NCBI GenBank assembly: GCA_965203905.1
Contig: CBDBDQ010000005.1
Coordinates: forward strand, 3,264,001-3,328,000
DNA: 64,000 nucleotides
Source: Spirochaetia bacterium
GTDB taxonomy: Bacteria; Spirochaetota; Spirochaetia; SZUA-6; Bin103
Direction of reading: 5' to 3'
Part shown: one piece after another, positions 9,810 through 19,680 of the stretch
Layout: each line of letters begins with the position of its first letter
Numbering within the stretch: the stretch's first letter is position 1
The notes under the pieces: generated by a model
Told to the model about the DNA's origin: nothing
Seen by the model: the letters and a program-made list of their open reading frames with translations, nothing else
Databases searched by the model: none
Translations under genes and position numbers: made by a program

Positions 9810-12596
9810 ATGGCCGCACGCCCCGGCAGAGCGAAGCGGCTCTATCTCATCGACGGTATGCCACTGGTGTACCGCGCCTACTTCGTGTTCCTGAACCGCC
9901 CCCTGATCACCGCCAACGGCTTCAATTCCTCGGCGGTGTATGGTTACACCACCTCGCTGCTGCAGATCCTCAACGACGAGCAGCCCACCCACTTGGCGGT
10001 GGTGTTCGACACCCCCGGTCCCACCTGGCGCGACCGCGAGTACGCCGACTACAAGGGCACGCGGGCGAAGGCGCCGGAGGACATCGGCGCCTCGCTGCCG
10101 CACGTGCGCCGGATCACCGAGGCGATGGGTCTGTCGGTGATCGCCCATGACGGGGTGGAGGCGGACGACGTGATCGGCACCCTGGCGGCGCGCGCGGAGG
10201 CGGCCGGCTTCGACACCTACATGGTGACGCTGGACAAGGACTTTGCACAGTTGGTCAGCGACCACGTGTTCCTCTACCGGGTGCCACGCATGGCGGGCGA
10301 TCCGCCGCAGGTCTACGACGTGGCCGGGGTGCGCGAGCGCTTCGGCGTGGAGCGGCCGGAGCAGGTGATCGACCTGATCGGGCTGGCCGGCGACAGCGTG
10401 GACAACATCCCGGGCGTGCCGGGGGTGGGGGAGAAGACCGCGCAGAAGCTGATCGCCCGGTTCGGCACGGTGGAGGCGCTGGTCGCCGGCACCGATCGAT
10501 TGAAAGGCAAGCAGCGCGAGAGGATCGAGACCCACGCCGCGCAGGCGCTGCTGTCGAAGCGCCTGGCCACCATCGACCGCGAGCTGGACCTGGAGCTGGA
10601 CCTGGAGCGGCTGGCGGTGCCGGCGCTGGATCCGCAGCGCGTCATTCCGCTGTTCCAGGAGTTCGAGTTCAGCACACTCGTCGAGCGCGTGTTCGGCGAA
10701 GGCGAGGGCGCGGCGGCGGCTGCGGCGCCCACCGGTGGTGGCGTCGAGGGCGCGGACCGGCTGCGCACGCTGGACGACGTTGCCCACGACTACCGTCTGG
10801 TGGAGGGAGCGCCGGCGCGGGCGGGGCTGGTCGAGGACCTGCTACAGCAGGAGGCGGTCAGCCTGTTCGCGGTGTGCGGCAGCGGTGACCCCAAGCGGGT
10901 GCCGCTGGCGGGCGTCGCATTCCGCTGGCAGGAGGGCGCCGCGGCCTATCTGCCGCTCTCCGAGGGGCGCGCCGCGGCTGCCGCCGAGCTGGGCGAGCTG
11001 GCGTCCTTCTGGGAACACCCGGAGATCGTCAAGGTCGGCCACGACCTGAAGCGCTGGGTCACGGCGCTGCGCTGGCACGGCATCGCCGTCCGCGGCCGGC
11101 TGCTGGACACGCGCCTGGCGCACCAGTTGGTGGAGTCGGAGGGGGCGCACGACCTGGCGCTGCTGGCCGAGCACTACCTGGGCTACGCGCCGATCGTGCC
11201 CGGTGAGGCAGCCGCCGCGCTGCTGAAGAGCCCGGCGCTGAACGCCGAGGAGCTCGCCGCGGCCGGTTTGCCTGCCGCCGAACTGGCGACCTACGCCGGT
11301 GAGCGCGCGGACGTAACCGCGCACCTGCTGGACGCCCTGCTGCAGGAGATCGACCGCTACGATGAGCGCGAGCTGTGGGAGCAGGTCGAGGTGCCGCTGA
11401 TGCCGCTGCTGGTGGATATGGAGCACACCGGAGTGGCGGTTCGCGTCGGCGCCCTGCGCGACTACTCGCTGGAGCTGGAGAAGGAGATCGCCGCCCACGA
11501 GGCGGATCTGTACCGCCTGGCCGGCGGCCCGTTCAACCTCAACTCGCCGAAGCAGCTCGGGGAGCTGCTGTTCGACCGCCTCAAGATCGCCGACAAGCCG
11601 AAGCGCACCCGTACCGGGCAGTACGTGACCACCGAGCAGGAGCTGACCCGGCTCGCCGACCGCCACGCGATCATCCCCGCCATGCTGGAGTACCGCGTGG
11701 TGCAGAAGCTGAAGTCGACCTACGTGGACGCGTTGCCCGACTCGGTGGTGGCGGAGACCGGGCGCATCCACACCACCTTCAACCAGCTGGTGGCCGCTAC
11801 CGGGCGGCTCAACTCCGAGAACCCCAACCTGCAGAACATTCCCATTCGCACCGACAAGGGGCGGGAGATCCGCCGCGCCTTCGTCGCCCCGGAGCCCGGC
11901 CAGGTGCTGCTGGCCGCCGACTACTCGCAGATCGAGCTGCGCATCATGGCGGCCATTACCGCGGACCCCGGGCTGGTGGAGGCGTTCGCCGACGACGTGG
12001 ACATCCACGCCGCCACCTCCGCCAAGGTGTTCGGCGTCCCGCTGCCGGAGGTGACCGCCGAGATGCGGCGGCGGGCGAAGATGATCAACTTCGGCCTGAT
12101 GTACGGCATGTCCGCCTTCGGTCTGGCGCAGCGCCTCAACATCGCCCGCGCCGAGGCGCGCGAGATCATCGAGCGCTACTTCGGGCAGTTCCCGAGGATC
12201 CAGCAGTACATGGGCGACACCGTGCTGTTCGCGCGCGACAACGGCTACGTCCAGACCCTGCGCGGCCGGCGCCGCTACCTGCGCGACATCCGCTCGCGCA
12301 ACCACGCCGCGCGCGCCGCCGCCGAGCGGGTGGCGATCAACGCCCCGATCCAGGGCAGCGCCGCCGACATGATCAAGATCGCTATGCTGGATATCGACCG
12401 CGAGCTGCGCGAGCGCGCTCTGGCGGCGCGGATGATCCTGCAGGTGCACGACGAACTGGTGTTCGAGGTGCCGCAGGCCGAGCTGCAGCCGGTGACGGAC
12501 CTGGTGACCCGCTCCATGCGCGATGCCCTCGACCTGGGCCGGGTGCCGGTGGTGGTGGAGGTGGGCACCGGCGCCGACTGGCTGGAGGCACACTGA
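9810..12596 (+). CDS. polA: DNA polymerase I
   Basis: LYLIDG, EADD, GDSVDNIPGVPGVGEKTA 5' nuclease; DYSQIELR, K.INFG..YG, QVHDELV polymerase motifs. Confidence 0.97.
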   Translation: MAARPGRAKRLYLIDGMPLVYRAYFVFLNRPLITANGFNSSAVYGYTTSLLQILNDEQPTHLAVVFDTPGPTWRDREYADYKGTRAKAPEDIGASLPHVRRITEAMGLSVIAHDGVEADDVIGTLAARAEAAGFDTYMVTLDKDFAQLVSDHVFLYRVPRMAGDPPQVYDVAGVRERFGVERPEQVIDLIGLAGDSVDNIPGVPGVGEKTAQKLIARFGTVEALVAGTDRLKGKQRERIETHAAQALLSKRLATIDRELDLELDLERLAVPALDPQRVIPLFQEFEFSTLVERVFGEGEGAAAAAAPTGGGVEGADRLRTLDDVAHDYRLVEGAPARAGLVEDLLQQEAVSLFAVCGSGDPKRVPLAGVAFRWQEGAAAYLPLSEGRAAAAAELGELASFWEHPEIVKVGHDLKRWVTALRWHGIAVRGRLLDTRLAHQLVESEGAHDLALLAEHYLGYAPIVPGEAAAALLKSPALNAEELAAAGLPAAELATYAGERADVTAHLLDALLQEIDRYDERELWEQVEVPLMPLLVDMEHTGVAVRVGALRDYSLELEKEIAAHEADLYRLAGGPFNLNSPKQLGELLFDRLKIADKPKRTRTGQYVTTEQELTRLADRHAIIPAMLEYRVVQKLKSTYVDALPDSVVAETGRIHTTFNQLVAATGRLNSENPNLQNIPIRTDKGREIRRAFVAPEPGQVLLAADYSQIELRIMAAITADPGLVEAFADDVDIHAATSAKVFGVPLPEVTAEMRRRAKMINFGLMYGMSAFGLAQRLNIARAEAREIIERYFGQFPRIQQYMGDTVLFARDNGYVQTLRGRRRYLRDIRSRNHAARAAAERVAINAPIQGSAADMIKIAMLDIDRELRERALAARMILQVHDELVFEVPQAELQPVTDLVTRSMRDALDLGRVPVVVEVGTGADWLEAH

Positions 12597-12840
12597 CCAA
12601 AGCCGAACGGCGCACCCTGAGCATATTTCGTGCTATCGTTGACCGATCACGTAGCTTGGACTCGATGGCGGTGGGACCTCTGGTAGATAACGACCTAGTG
12701 ACATTCCCCGGAACGATCGACTTACGTTCCAAGTGGCAACTACCGCGACCGGCCTTCGTTTCCGTGGTGCAAGACGAGACTTTGGCGACTCAATATAGCG
12801 GAACGATAGCCCAAGTACCCTTGAGACCTCATCTGATCCG

Positions 12841-14178
12841 TTGGATATGAATCCAAGTTCAATCGTGCTGGCCTCCCGCCAAGAAATACCCCGATACAGC
12901 GCCGACGAATCATGTGTACAGTTTAGAGACTGGACCGGTGGGCGTTCTGTATCTACTGTTGGAACCAACGCCGGTACTGATCTCTTACCGTTTCAGACAT
13001 GGCGCCGATTCAAGGAGGCGTTTGCTCCCGAACTCATTGAGAGGGCTGTGGCCGAGACACCCTCCCGAGTTCGACATATTGTTGATCCATTCGGTGGCTC
13101 TGGTACCACTGCCCTTGCTGCGCAGTTCCTCGGCACTCTTCCGACAACGATAGAGGTGAATCCCTACCTTGCTGATCTCATAGAGGCAAAATTGGCACCC
13201 ATCGATTTCAGCAGAGCTATCGAGCTATACCGACACATTGTTGAAGACGTAACTGAAAGTAGTATGGAATCTTCGCCAGTATTCAACGGCGCCCCCGCCA
13301 CCTTCGTCGAACCAGGAAAAGACGGTCGGTATGTCTTTTCGCAGGAAGTTGCTGGACGGATCCTGGCGTACCGAGCGGCTATTGAGAGAGTATCGGACCC
13401 CACGCACCGTAGACTCTTTCGTGTGGTGCTAGGGTCCACTGCTGTTCCCTCAAGCAATGTTGTTGTGAGCGGAAAAGGTCGCAGATACCGTATGGGTTGG
13501 AAAGAGCGTCGCCACTCGTCACATAGTGTAGACGATCTCTTTCGAAGTAAGCTGCTCCAAGCGCTGCATGACTTGCGTAAGTTCGCAGCTCGCCGATGCC
13601 TTCACTACCGCATCCTCCGTGGTGATGCGCGGGAACTTGCAGACCAGATTGGTCCCTACGACCTTGCTGTGTTCTCGCCTCCATATCCAAACTCATTCGA
13701 TTATACCGACGTATACAACGTAGAGCTATGGACGTTGGGATACCTCGACAGCGCCGGTGCGAACACGCGACTGCGTCACTCAACACTCAGTAGCCACGTC
13801 CAGCTAATCCGACGATTCGAACCAGGTTCGCTCCAGAGCCCAACCCTGAAGCGGACTCTAGACGCGCTTGCGGGCGTCCGAAACAAGCTATGGAGTCAGC
13901 ACATCCCGGAGATGATTGGTGCGTACGCCCACGATATGGAGATCGTGATGAGGAAGCTTGCGGGAGGAGTCCGTTCTCGCGGTCGGATCTACATCGTTGT
14001 AGGAGACAGCCGATATGCTGGCGTGGTCGTTCCGGCGAGTACTATAATATCGGAGATCGCACAGTCCATCGGTTTCAAGTTGGTCGGTTTAGAGTCGTGT
14101 CGGGCAATGCGAACGTCACCACAGCAGGGAGGAGAGTTTGATCTTGCAGAGACACTGCTTATCATGGAGTGGCCTTAG
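12841..14178 (+). CDS. Amino (probably N4-cytosine) DNA methyltransferase, alpha-type motif order
   Basis: Motif I DPFGGSGTT precedes motif IV SPPY(PNSFDY); start may be ATG 12847. Confidence 0.85.
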   Translation: MDMNPSSIVLASRQEIPRYSADESCVQFRDWTGGRSVSTVGTNAGTDLLPFQTWRRFKEAFAPELIERAVAETPSRVRHIVDPFGGSGTTALAAQFLGTLPTTIEVNPYLADLIEAKLAPIDFSRAIELYRHIVEDVTESSMESSPVFNGAPATFVEPGKDGRYVFSQEVAGRILAYRAAIERVSDPTHRRLFRVVLGSTAVPSSNVVVSGKGRRYRMGWKERRHSSHSVDDLFRSKLLQALHDLRKFAARRCLHYRILRGDARELADQIGPYDLAVFSPPYPNSFDYTDVYNVELWTLGYLDSAGANTRLRHSTLSSHVQLIRRFEPGSLQSPTLKRTLDALAGVRNKLWSQHIPEMIGAYAHDMEIVMRKLAGGVRSRGRIYIVVGDSRYAGVVVPASTIISEIAQSIGFKLVGLESCRAMRTSPQQGGEFDLAETLLIMEWP

Positions 14179-14197
14179 TAGAAGCGCGCCAAAGAGT

Positions 14198-15286
14198 TTA
14201 GATGCCGGTATAGCCCGAAGCTCTCGCTTCGCTCGCAGAGCCAAAGAGTGGTCGTATCTCCATTGAGGAGATTCCGCGATATTGGCGCAGGGCGTTTTTG
14301 ATGCTGGATGAGCGAAACAGATCGAGGCGTTTTTCTTTGCGAAGATCATAAATTTCGATTAGTGCCTCGGCAGCGCGACGGTTAGCGCGGTACGCCGAAG
14401 CTTGTTTGATGCCGTCCGTAATGGCGCTTTCATTGGTGCTTTGACTTACGGTTGATGGATTGGATGGGCGGTGTGAAGTCGTGAATGATTTAATTACCTT
14501 TAGTTCTATAATAGCCCAGTACTGCAACGGACCGCTTCCGACGGCGCTGAGCAAACGAACGTCTATTCTTCCGATATTCGTTGTGTCTTCGACTTCTGCT
14601 CGTAAGTTGCCATGGAACCATGAGCTGAGAGCCGTCTGTAGACTCAACTGGATGCTTTTTTCGGGTCTTTCCGCCGGAATGTATCGATTCCCATAGCGCG
14701 GTTTCCACACGCCGTCCGGGCAACACGAAGGCGTGAGGAGTCTTTGAATGTGAAAGTGGCGAAGTGCTTTCAAGAGCTCGGAAAGAGAGGCTGCGGGTTC
14801 GTAGTCGCGAATCGGGTCGTTCCTTGCGGCGTCTCGTGTTCCTGCAAGCCGTGTCACCATAGTCATTGTGTTTCGATAAACGATCACGACGGGAGAGCTG
14901 GTGAGGGACGCATCGTCGAGCCATTCAAGAATCCCGGTCTGGTCGGTTGGCAGGGGCATTGAGCGGCCGGCAGATGCATCGCAGTTGGTGAAGAAGAGTT
15001 GGCCAAGTAAGGGGGTTGCTGTTGCGAGAGGATCTGCGAAGGGTTTGGCTCCGTGGCGTTGTCCCACTTCGCGCGGGTAAGAGACCATCACAAAAACGGC
15101 AACGTCCTGCTCGCCTTCGTTCGGCCACCCCTGACGTGCTCGTTTTTCCACAAGAGATAGGATTGCTTGTGCGAACCGATCAGGAACCACGCCCTGTATA
15201 TTCGGTAGACTGGGAATAAGACTAGCAATAGCAGCGATGTCATTTTCGGCTACACCAGGTATTTGCGAAGTAGCGTCACGCGGCAT
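14198..15286 (-). CDS. Hypothetical protein with C-terminal PD-(D/E)xK nuclease-like domain
   Basis: E..GRIDVRL...IIELKV...KQASAY (D, ExK, QxxxY pattern). Confidence 0.6.
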   Translation of the reverse strand: MPRDATSQIPGVAENDIAAIASLIPSLPNIQGVVPDRFAQAILSLVEKRARQGWPNEGEQDVAVFVMVSYPREVGQRHGAKPFADPLATATPLLGQLFFTNCDASAGRSMPLPTDQTGILEWLDDASLTSSPVVIVYRNTMTMVTRLAGTRDAARNDPIRDYEPAASLSELLKALRHFHIQRLLTPSCCPDGVWKPRYGNRYIPAERPEKSIQLSLQTALSSWFHGNLRAEVEDTTNIGRIDVRLLSAVGSGPLQYWAIIELKVIKSFTTSHRPSNPSTVSQSTNESAITDGIKQASAYRANRRAAEALIEIYDLRKEKRLDLFRSSSIKNALRQYRGISSMEIRPLFGSASEARASGYTGI

Positions 15287-15986
15287 GCATCAATCGTCCG
15301 AGATAGGATGCGTACAAATATAGTCTTTCGCCGGGCGAAAGGTTAGACTCGCCGGGAAGGAACGCACGGAAGCGTTCGGTGACTTGCCAACTACCATTCG
15401 CCTCATGATGATCAGTAGCCCATGCACCAAAGTCGACCACACTGTGCAGCTCTCCAGTGGATCGGTATGTGACGTCCTGACTCGCCGCCACGTCAATCTC
15501 TTCGTCTGGTAGGGACGCTAGCGCACGGGCGAGTTCAACGAGAAACTCATGAAATCTAACGTCCACTTTATCGAGAGCATCCTCTGGTCCTTGGGCGCCG
15601 AGTTTCTTCAACAACCCTTGAAGGTGCTTCGACCCAAAATCCAATGCATAGTATCCGATAGTCCGTGCACCGTACTCACCACGGCGAACAAAACGTACAT
15701 CGCTGATCTGAACAAGCCCAACAGCGACTAGATGGTCAAGTTCTGCTTGCAGATCAGGATAGTATGGCCCGCCCTCGGACCGATATATCTTCCCATCGAA
15801 CGGTACAAGATCCCAAACAGGACTGAGGACGTCCGAAAGATAAGCGTACGCATGAAGCCGGGGGGAGCTGAGTGGGGTTATAGCGGCGCGCTCGGCTGCC
15901 TCAAGCAGTAAGAGCAGCCGGCAACGTTGCTTCGTCTTTAACAGGAATTGATCGTATAGCTCTTCTTCAGTGTAGCTATCAGTCAT
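15276..15986 (-). CDS. Hypothetical winged-helix-like protein (possible ABC-3C middle-component/kleisin-like partner)
   Basis: GPYYPDLQAELDHLVAVGLV resembles a wHTH recognition helix and wing; TGATG coupling to the ATPase and overlap with the nuclease start. Confidence 0.55.
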   Translation of the reverse strand: MTDSYTEEELYDQFLLKTKQRCRLLLLLEAAERAAITPLSSPRLHAYAYLSDVLSPVWDLVPFDGKIYRSEGGPYYPDLQAELDHLVAVGLVQISDVRFVRRGEYGARTIGYYALDFGSKHLQGLLKKLGAQGPEDALDKVDVRFHEFLVELARALASLPDEEIDVAASQDVTYRSTGELHSVVDFGAWATDHHEANGSWQVTERFRAFLPGESNLSPGERLYLYASYLGRLMHAA

Positions 15987-18001
15987 CAATTCACACCTAA
16001 AAGTGCGCTGTCGAGTAGTTCTCGGTAACGTTCACCGTCTTGCTGCAATGCAAGATTCGGAGCGGCTATCTGCATAAGATCTAGAACATGATCTAGCCTC
16101 ATAGCTGTGTCTCTTTGCGGAGCAGGTCCACCAAATAGCTCCGAAATAATCCCCATATTTGTGAGGTTACTTGTTAGGATTAGGCGGTTATTTCCTTGTG
16201 CCGAGAAATCATGAAGTGTTCTACCAATTCGCTCCATCGACACAGGGTCCAAACTTGCCTCTGGAGTCTCCATCACAAATGTGCTCGTCCCAAAAAACAC
16301 TTGCATTAGCGCTAGACGAAATGCGAGATCGATGATTTCACGCTGTGACTCCGACACTTCGTTCGGATCGATTCGTCGAACGAACCCGGGACGATCGGCG
16401 GCCTCCATCTCGGCGACAAATGCTGGCACTTCGATGCGGTCATGGCCGGGTGCCTGAAGATACCGAGGCTCCCGCTTGACTTGCGCAAGCCGAATGTTCT
16501 CTACAAGAAGAGTACGCGCTACATCCTGGAATGCAGTCAACAGCAAGTTCGACCTCTCCAAAATCGCACTTTGCCTATCACGGAGAAGGCTCTCGAGCTG
16601 CCGGAAGCGAGCAGCACGAGTTGCCTGCCAGCGACGAAGCTGAGTCTCCAGTGCACTTAGAGTCCCTTCGTACTCTCTAACGCTCCCTTCCGGCGCCAGT
16701 CTTGCTCTAAGCCGCCTCGCGGTACTCTCTCTATCCCGGAATGACTGCCGGACCTGCGACAGTGCATCGAGAGTGCTCTCATATTCGTGGACGCTACCAC
16801 GTAGCCGTCGTGACCTCGTTTCCTCCTCACGGTACGCACGCTCCACACGTTCTCGCGCACGCTCCAAATTTGCCTGTTCGAATACGTGCGACGGAATCAC
16901 CGCATCATGCTCTTTTGGATCAGCGCCACACACGGGACAATTCCCGCGTTCGATCCGGCTCTCAAGTTCCAATTGTGTTTCTTCCGCATCAGAGCTACAA
17001 ACTAAGCAGCGCCCATCTGTCATAATCCGGGAGAGGACGAGACGAGCGACTTCGTCCATACTTGGGAAGTATCGAGACAATGCGGTATACTTGAGCCGTT
17101 CGACCGCACCTACCGCTTCTTCGCGTTCGATTTTCGCTCGTTCAAGCTCAAGTCGTGCGTTTTTCCGCTCGGTGTCATGCTCATCAAGGAGAGCTTCAAG
17201 TCGGTTCGCTTCGATGATCTCTGCATCGAGGACCGCTTGCTCAGCCTCGAGTTGAGCGAGCAATCCAACGGTCTCGGCCTCCCGTTGTTTGAGTTCTGTC
17301 AAGTCCCGCTCGGTTGCACGTAGCCGTGCGTGTACGTTGCGTGCTTGGCTGTCTGCACTCTGCAGGAGCCTCTCTAGTTCTGCGACCTCTGAAGCAGCTT
17401 CTTTGGGAAGACAGAGTGTGCGAAGCAATTGTCGTTGAGCGTTAGTATCCCAAAGCGCTCCCGGGCGATTCTCGAGGAACAGTACGATGTGATGGAGGAC
17501 AAGCAAGACATCTACGAAATCTCCGAGTCCAAATAGCTCGGTGAGTTTGGTCTGAATCAGCTCTTCACGTCCCGCTTTGGAAGTTGGTATGTCGAGTAGA
17601 TTCCCATCAATACAGAGCGCCGTCAACGATAGGTTGTCGAGTCTTCTGGAAATCGTGATCTGTGTGTCGCCTATCGTTGCTGACAGCGATGCTTGGGCGT
17701 TTACGGCACCGTCGGCGACGCGATCGGCGAAGAACCTAGCTTGTTTCCGTCGAAGTGAGACGGGTGATCTCGGAAGGACGACATCGAGGGTCGCTGGCAT
17801 ACCATCGCTGGTGAGGTCGTAGGGACCGGTCAAGCACCGTAGGATCATAGTGATCAGCGTGGTCTTTCCAAGACCGTTGATGCCAGCGATCAGGGTGAGG
17901 CCGTTTGGGAACTGCCAACGGATCCCGCTGCCGCGGGGATGGCCGGGGAACAAGCGATAGTCGGTGACTTCCAACCGTGTGAAGATCGGTAGGTGGACCA
18001 T
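15986..18001 (-). CDS. SMC/Rad50-like ABC ATPase with coiled coils and central CxxC pair
   Basis: Walker A GINGLGKTT; heptad-rich arms; CLVC and CPVC; signature VSESQRE; Walker B/D-loop FVMETPEASLD. Confidence 0.85.
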   Translation of the reverse strand: MVHLPIFTRLEVTDYRLFPGHPRGSGIRWQFPNGLTLIAGINGLGKTTLITMILRCLTGPYDLTSDGMPATLDVVLPRSPVSLRRKQARFFADRVADGAVNAQASLSATIGDTQITISRRLDNLSLTALCIDGNLLDIPTSKAGREELIQTKLTELFGLGDFVDVLLVLHHIVLFLENRPGALWDTNAQRQLLRTLCLPKEAASEVAELERLLQSADSQARNVHARLRATERDLTELKQREAETVGLLAQLEAEQAVLDAEIIEANRLEALLDEHDTERKNARLELERAKIEREEAVGAVERLKYTALSRYFPSMDEVARLVLSRIMTDGRCLVCSSDAEETQLELESRIERGNCPVCGADPKEHDAVIPSHVFEQANLERARERVERAYREEETRSRRLRGSVHEYESTLDALSQVRQSFRDRESTARRLRARLAPEGSVREYEGTLSALETQLRRWQATRAARFRQLESLLRDRQSAILERSNLLLTAFQDVARTLLVENIRLAQVKREPRYLQAPGHDRIEVPAFVAEMEAADRPGFVRRIDPNEVSESQREIIDLAFRLALMQVFFGTSTFVMETPEASLDPVSMERIGRTLHDFSAQGNNRLILTSNLTNMGIISELFGGPAPQRDTAMRLDHVLDLMQIAAPNLALQQDGERYRELLDSALLGVN

Positions 18002-18568
18002 TCAGTCTTGTCGGGGGTCGGTTGAACGACGTTGGCCTAGGACCTGCCAGGTATGCTGGCGGCGGGTCCCGAAGCACAACCGCTGGCGGGCACCTCGTTG
18101 GATGGTGCAATTTGCAGTCATTTTCCTCTCCGCTAGTGCTCATAAGATAGCAAGTATCGACATACGCCACTACTAGGGGCGGTGCTGTAGAACATTGACA
18201 AGCTGATTCGGGCTGCTGCTTCAGAGTGCTCGCGTGGTGATTCCGAAAATCTGCGACGAGCTACGTAACTTGCTACGCAGTAGTGGAATAGTAGCACACG
18301 GCTCGAAGTTTCGCAGCTATCGGTTAAGTTGAAGGGTGACGCGACCGTGCGCGTCCGGTTGCCTCGTTTCATTAGCTCTCAGCGGCCGCGCACGTAGTCG
18401 AACTCCAGTTCGTCTCTTCTCTTCGAACCCGCTTCGTTGTGGTTGCGATACGCGGTAGATCGAGCGGGCAGTGGCGAAGGCACGACAAACCGGCAGCACC
18501 GGACGTATGGCGATGCACTGTACTCGCACACCTCAAGGCACAGAGACTGGCCTTCAACGCTCAACCAG

Positions 18569-19672
18569 CTACGTGTGGCGACGAACTTGCGCCTCCTGGC
18601 GCAGCAGGTGGTCGGCCAGCACCAGGTTGAACATGGCATCCGCCAGCGGCACGGCGCGCGGCAACACGCACGGGTCGTGGCGGCCGCGCGGCTTCAGGGT
18701 GATCTCGTTGCCCGCCTCGTCGACGGTCTGCTGCGGGCGCAGGATCGTGGCCGTGGGCTTGAAGGCGGCGCGCACCACGATCGCCTCGCCGTTGGAGATT
18801 CCGCCCTGCACGCCCCCGGAGCGGTTGCTGCGGGTGCGCACCCGCGCACCGTCGGGATGGTCACGGTCCAGGTAGAACAGGTCGTTGTGGGTGCTGCCGG
18901 TCATCCGCGTGCCGGCGAAGCCGGAGCCGATCTCGAACCCGCGGCAGGCGGGCAGCGACAGCAGCGCCTTCGCCAGGTCGGCGTCGAGCTTGTCGAACAC
19001 CGGCTCGCCGAGTCCGGGCGGAATGCCGCGCGCCACCGCCTCCACCACGCCGCCGAGCGAGTCGCCCGCCTTGCGCGCCCGCTCGATGCGTTCCTGGATA
19101 GCTGCCGCCGCGGCCGGATCGGGGCAGCGGGTGATGTGCGCCTCTACCGCGTCGCGGGTGACGCGGTCCGGGTCGACCTCGGCATCCACGTCGCTCACCT
19201 GCTTGACGTAGGACACGACCTCGGCGCCGCAGTTCAGGCGCAGCACCTTGGCGGCGATGGCGCCGGCCGCCACCCGCCCCACGGTTTCGCGGGCGCTGGC
19301 CCGGCCGCCGCCGCGCCAGTCGCGGCGACCGTACTTGGCGGAGTAGGTGTAGTCGGCGTGGGAGGGACGGAAGGCGGTGCGCATCTCGTCGTAGTCGCGG
19401 GAGCGCGCATCCTGGTTGCGCACCAGGATGTGAATCGCGGTGCCGGTGGTGCAGCCCTCGAATACTCCCGACAGGATCTCGGCGCGGTCCGCTTCCGCGC
19501 GCTGGGTGGTGATGCGGCTCTGGCCGGGCCGGCGGCGGTCGAGCTCGGCCTGCAGATCGGCCTCGTCCAGCGGCACTCCGGGCGGACAGCCGTCCACCAC
19601 GACGCCCACCGCGGGGCCGTGGGACTCGCCCCAGGTGGTGATGCGGAACAGGTGACCGAAGCTGCTTCCCAT
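18569..19672 (-). CDS. aroC: Chorismate synthase
   Basis: [41 protein letters not shown]. Confidence 0.97.
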   Translation of the reverse strand: MGSSFGHLFRITTWGESHGPAVGVVVDGCPPGVPLDEADLQAELDRRRPGQSRITTQRAEADRAEILSGVFEGCTTGTAIHILVRNQDARSRDYDEMRTAFRPSHADYTYSAKYGRRDWRGGGRASARETVGRVAAGAIAAKVLRLNCGAEVVSYVKQVSDVDAEVDPDRVTRDAVEAHITRCPDPAAAAAIQERIERARKAGDSLGGVVEAVARGIPPGLGEPVFDKLDADLAKALLSLPACRGFEIGSGFAGTRMTGSTHNDLFYLDRDHPDGARVRTRSNRSGGVQGGISNGEAIVVRAAFKPTATILRPQQTVDEAGNEITLKPRGRHDPCVLPRAVPLADAMFNLVLADHLLRQEAQVRRHT

Positions 19673-19680
19673 GGCCGCTC

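Larger units (their letters stand above)
12597..18568. mobile_element. AT-richer accessory (probable defence) island between polA and aroC
   Basis: Abrupt change in composition and codon usage after the polA stop, reverting at the aroC stop; no integrase or att repeat seen. Confidence 0.65.

Noticed and set aside
12597-18568. Dnd phosphorothioation or BREX system
   Set aside because: No DndC/PAPS-reductase, cysteine desulfurase, PglZ or BrxL gene; only generic SMC-like similarity.
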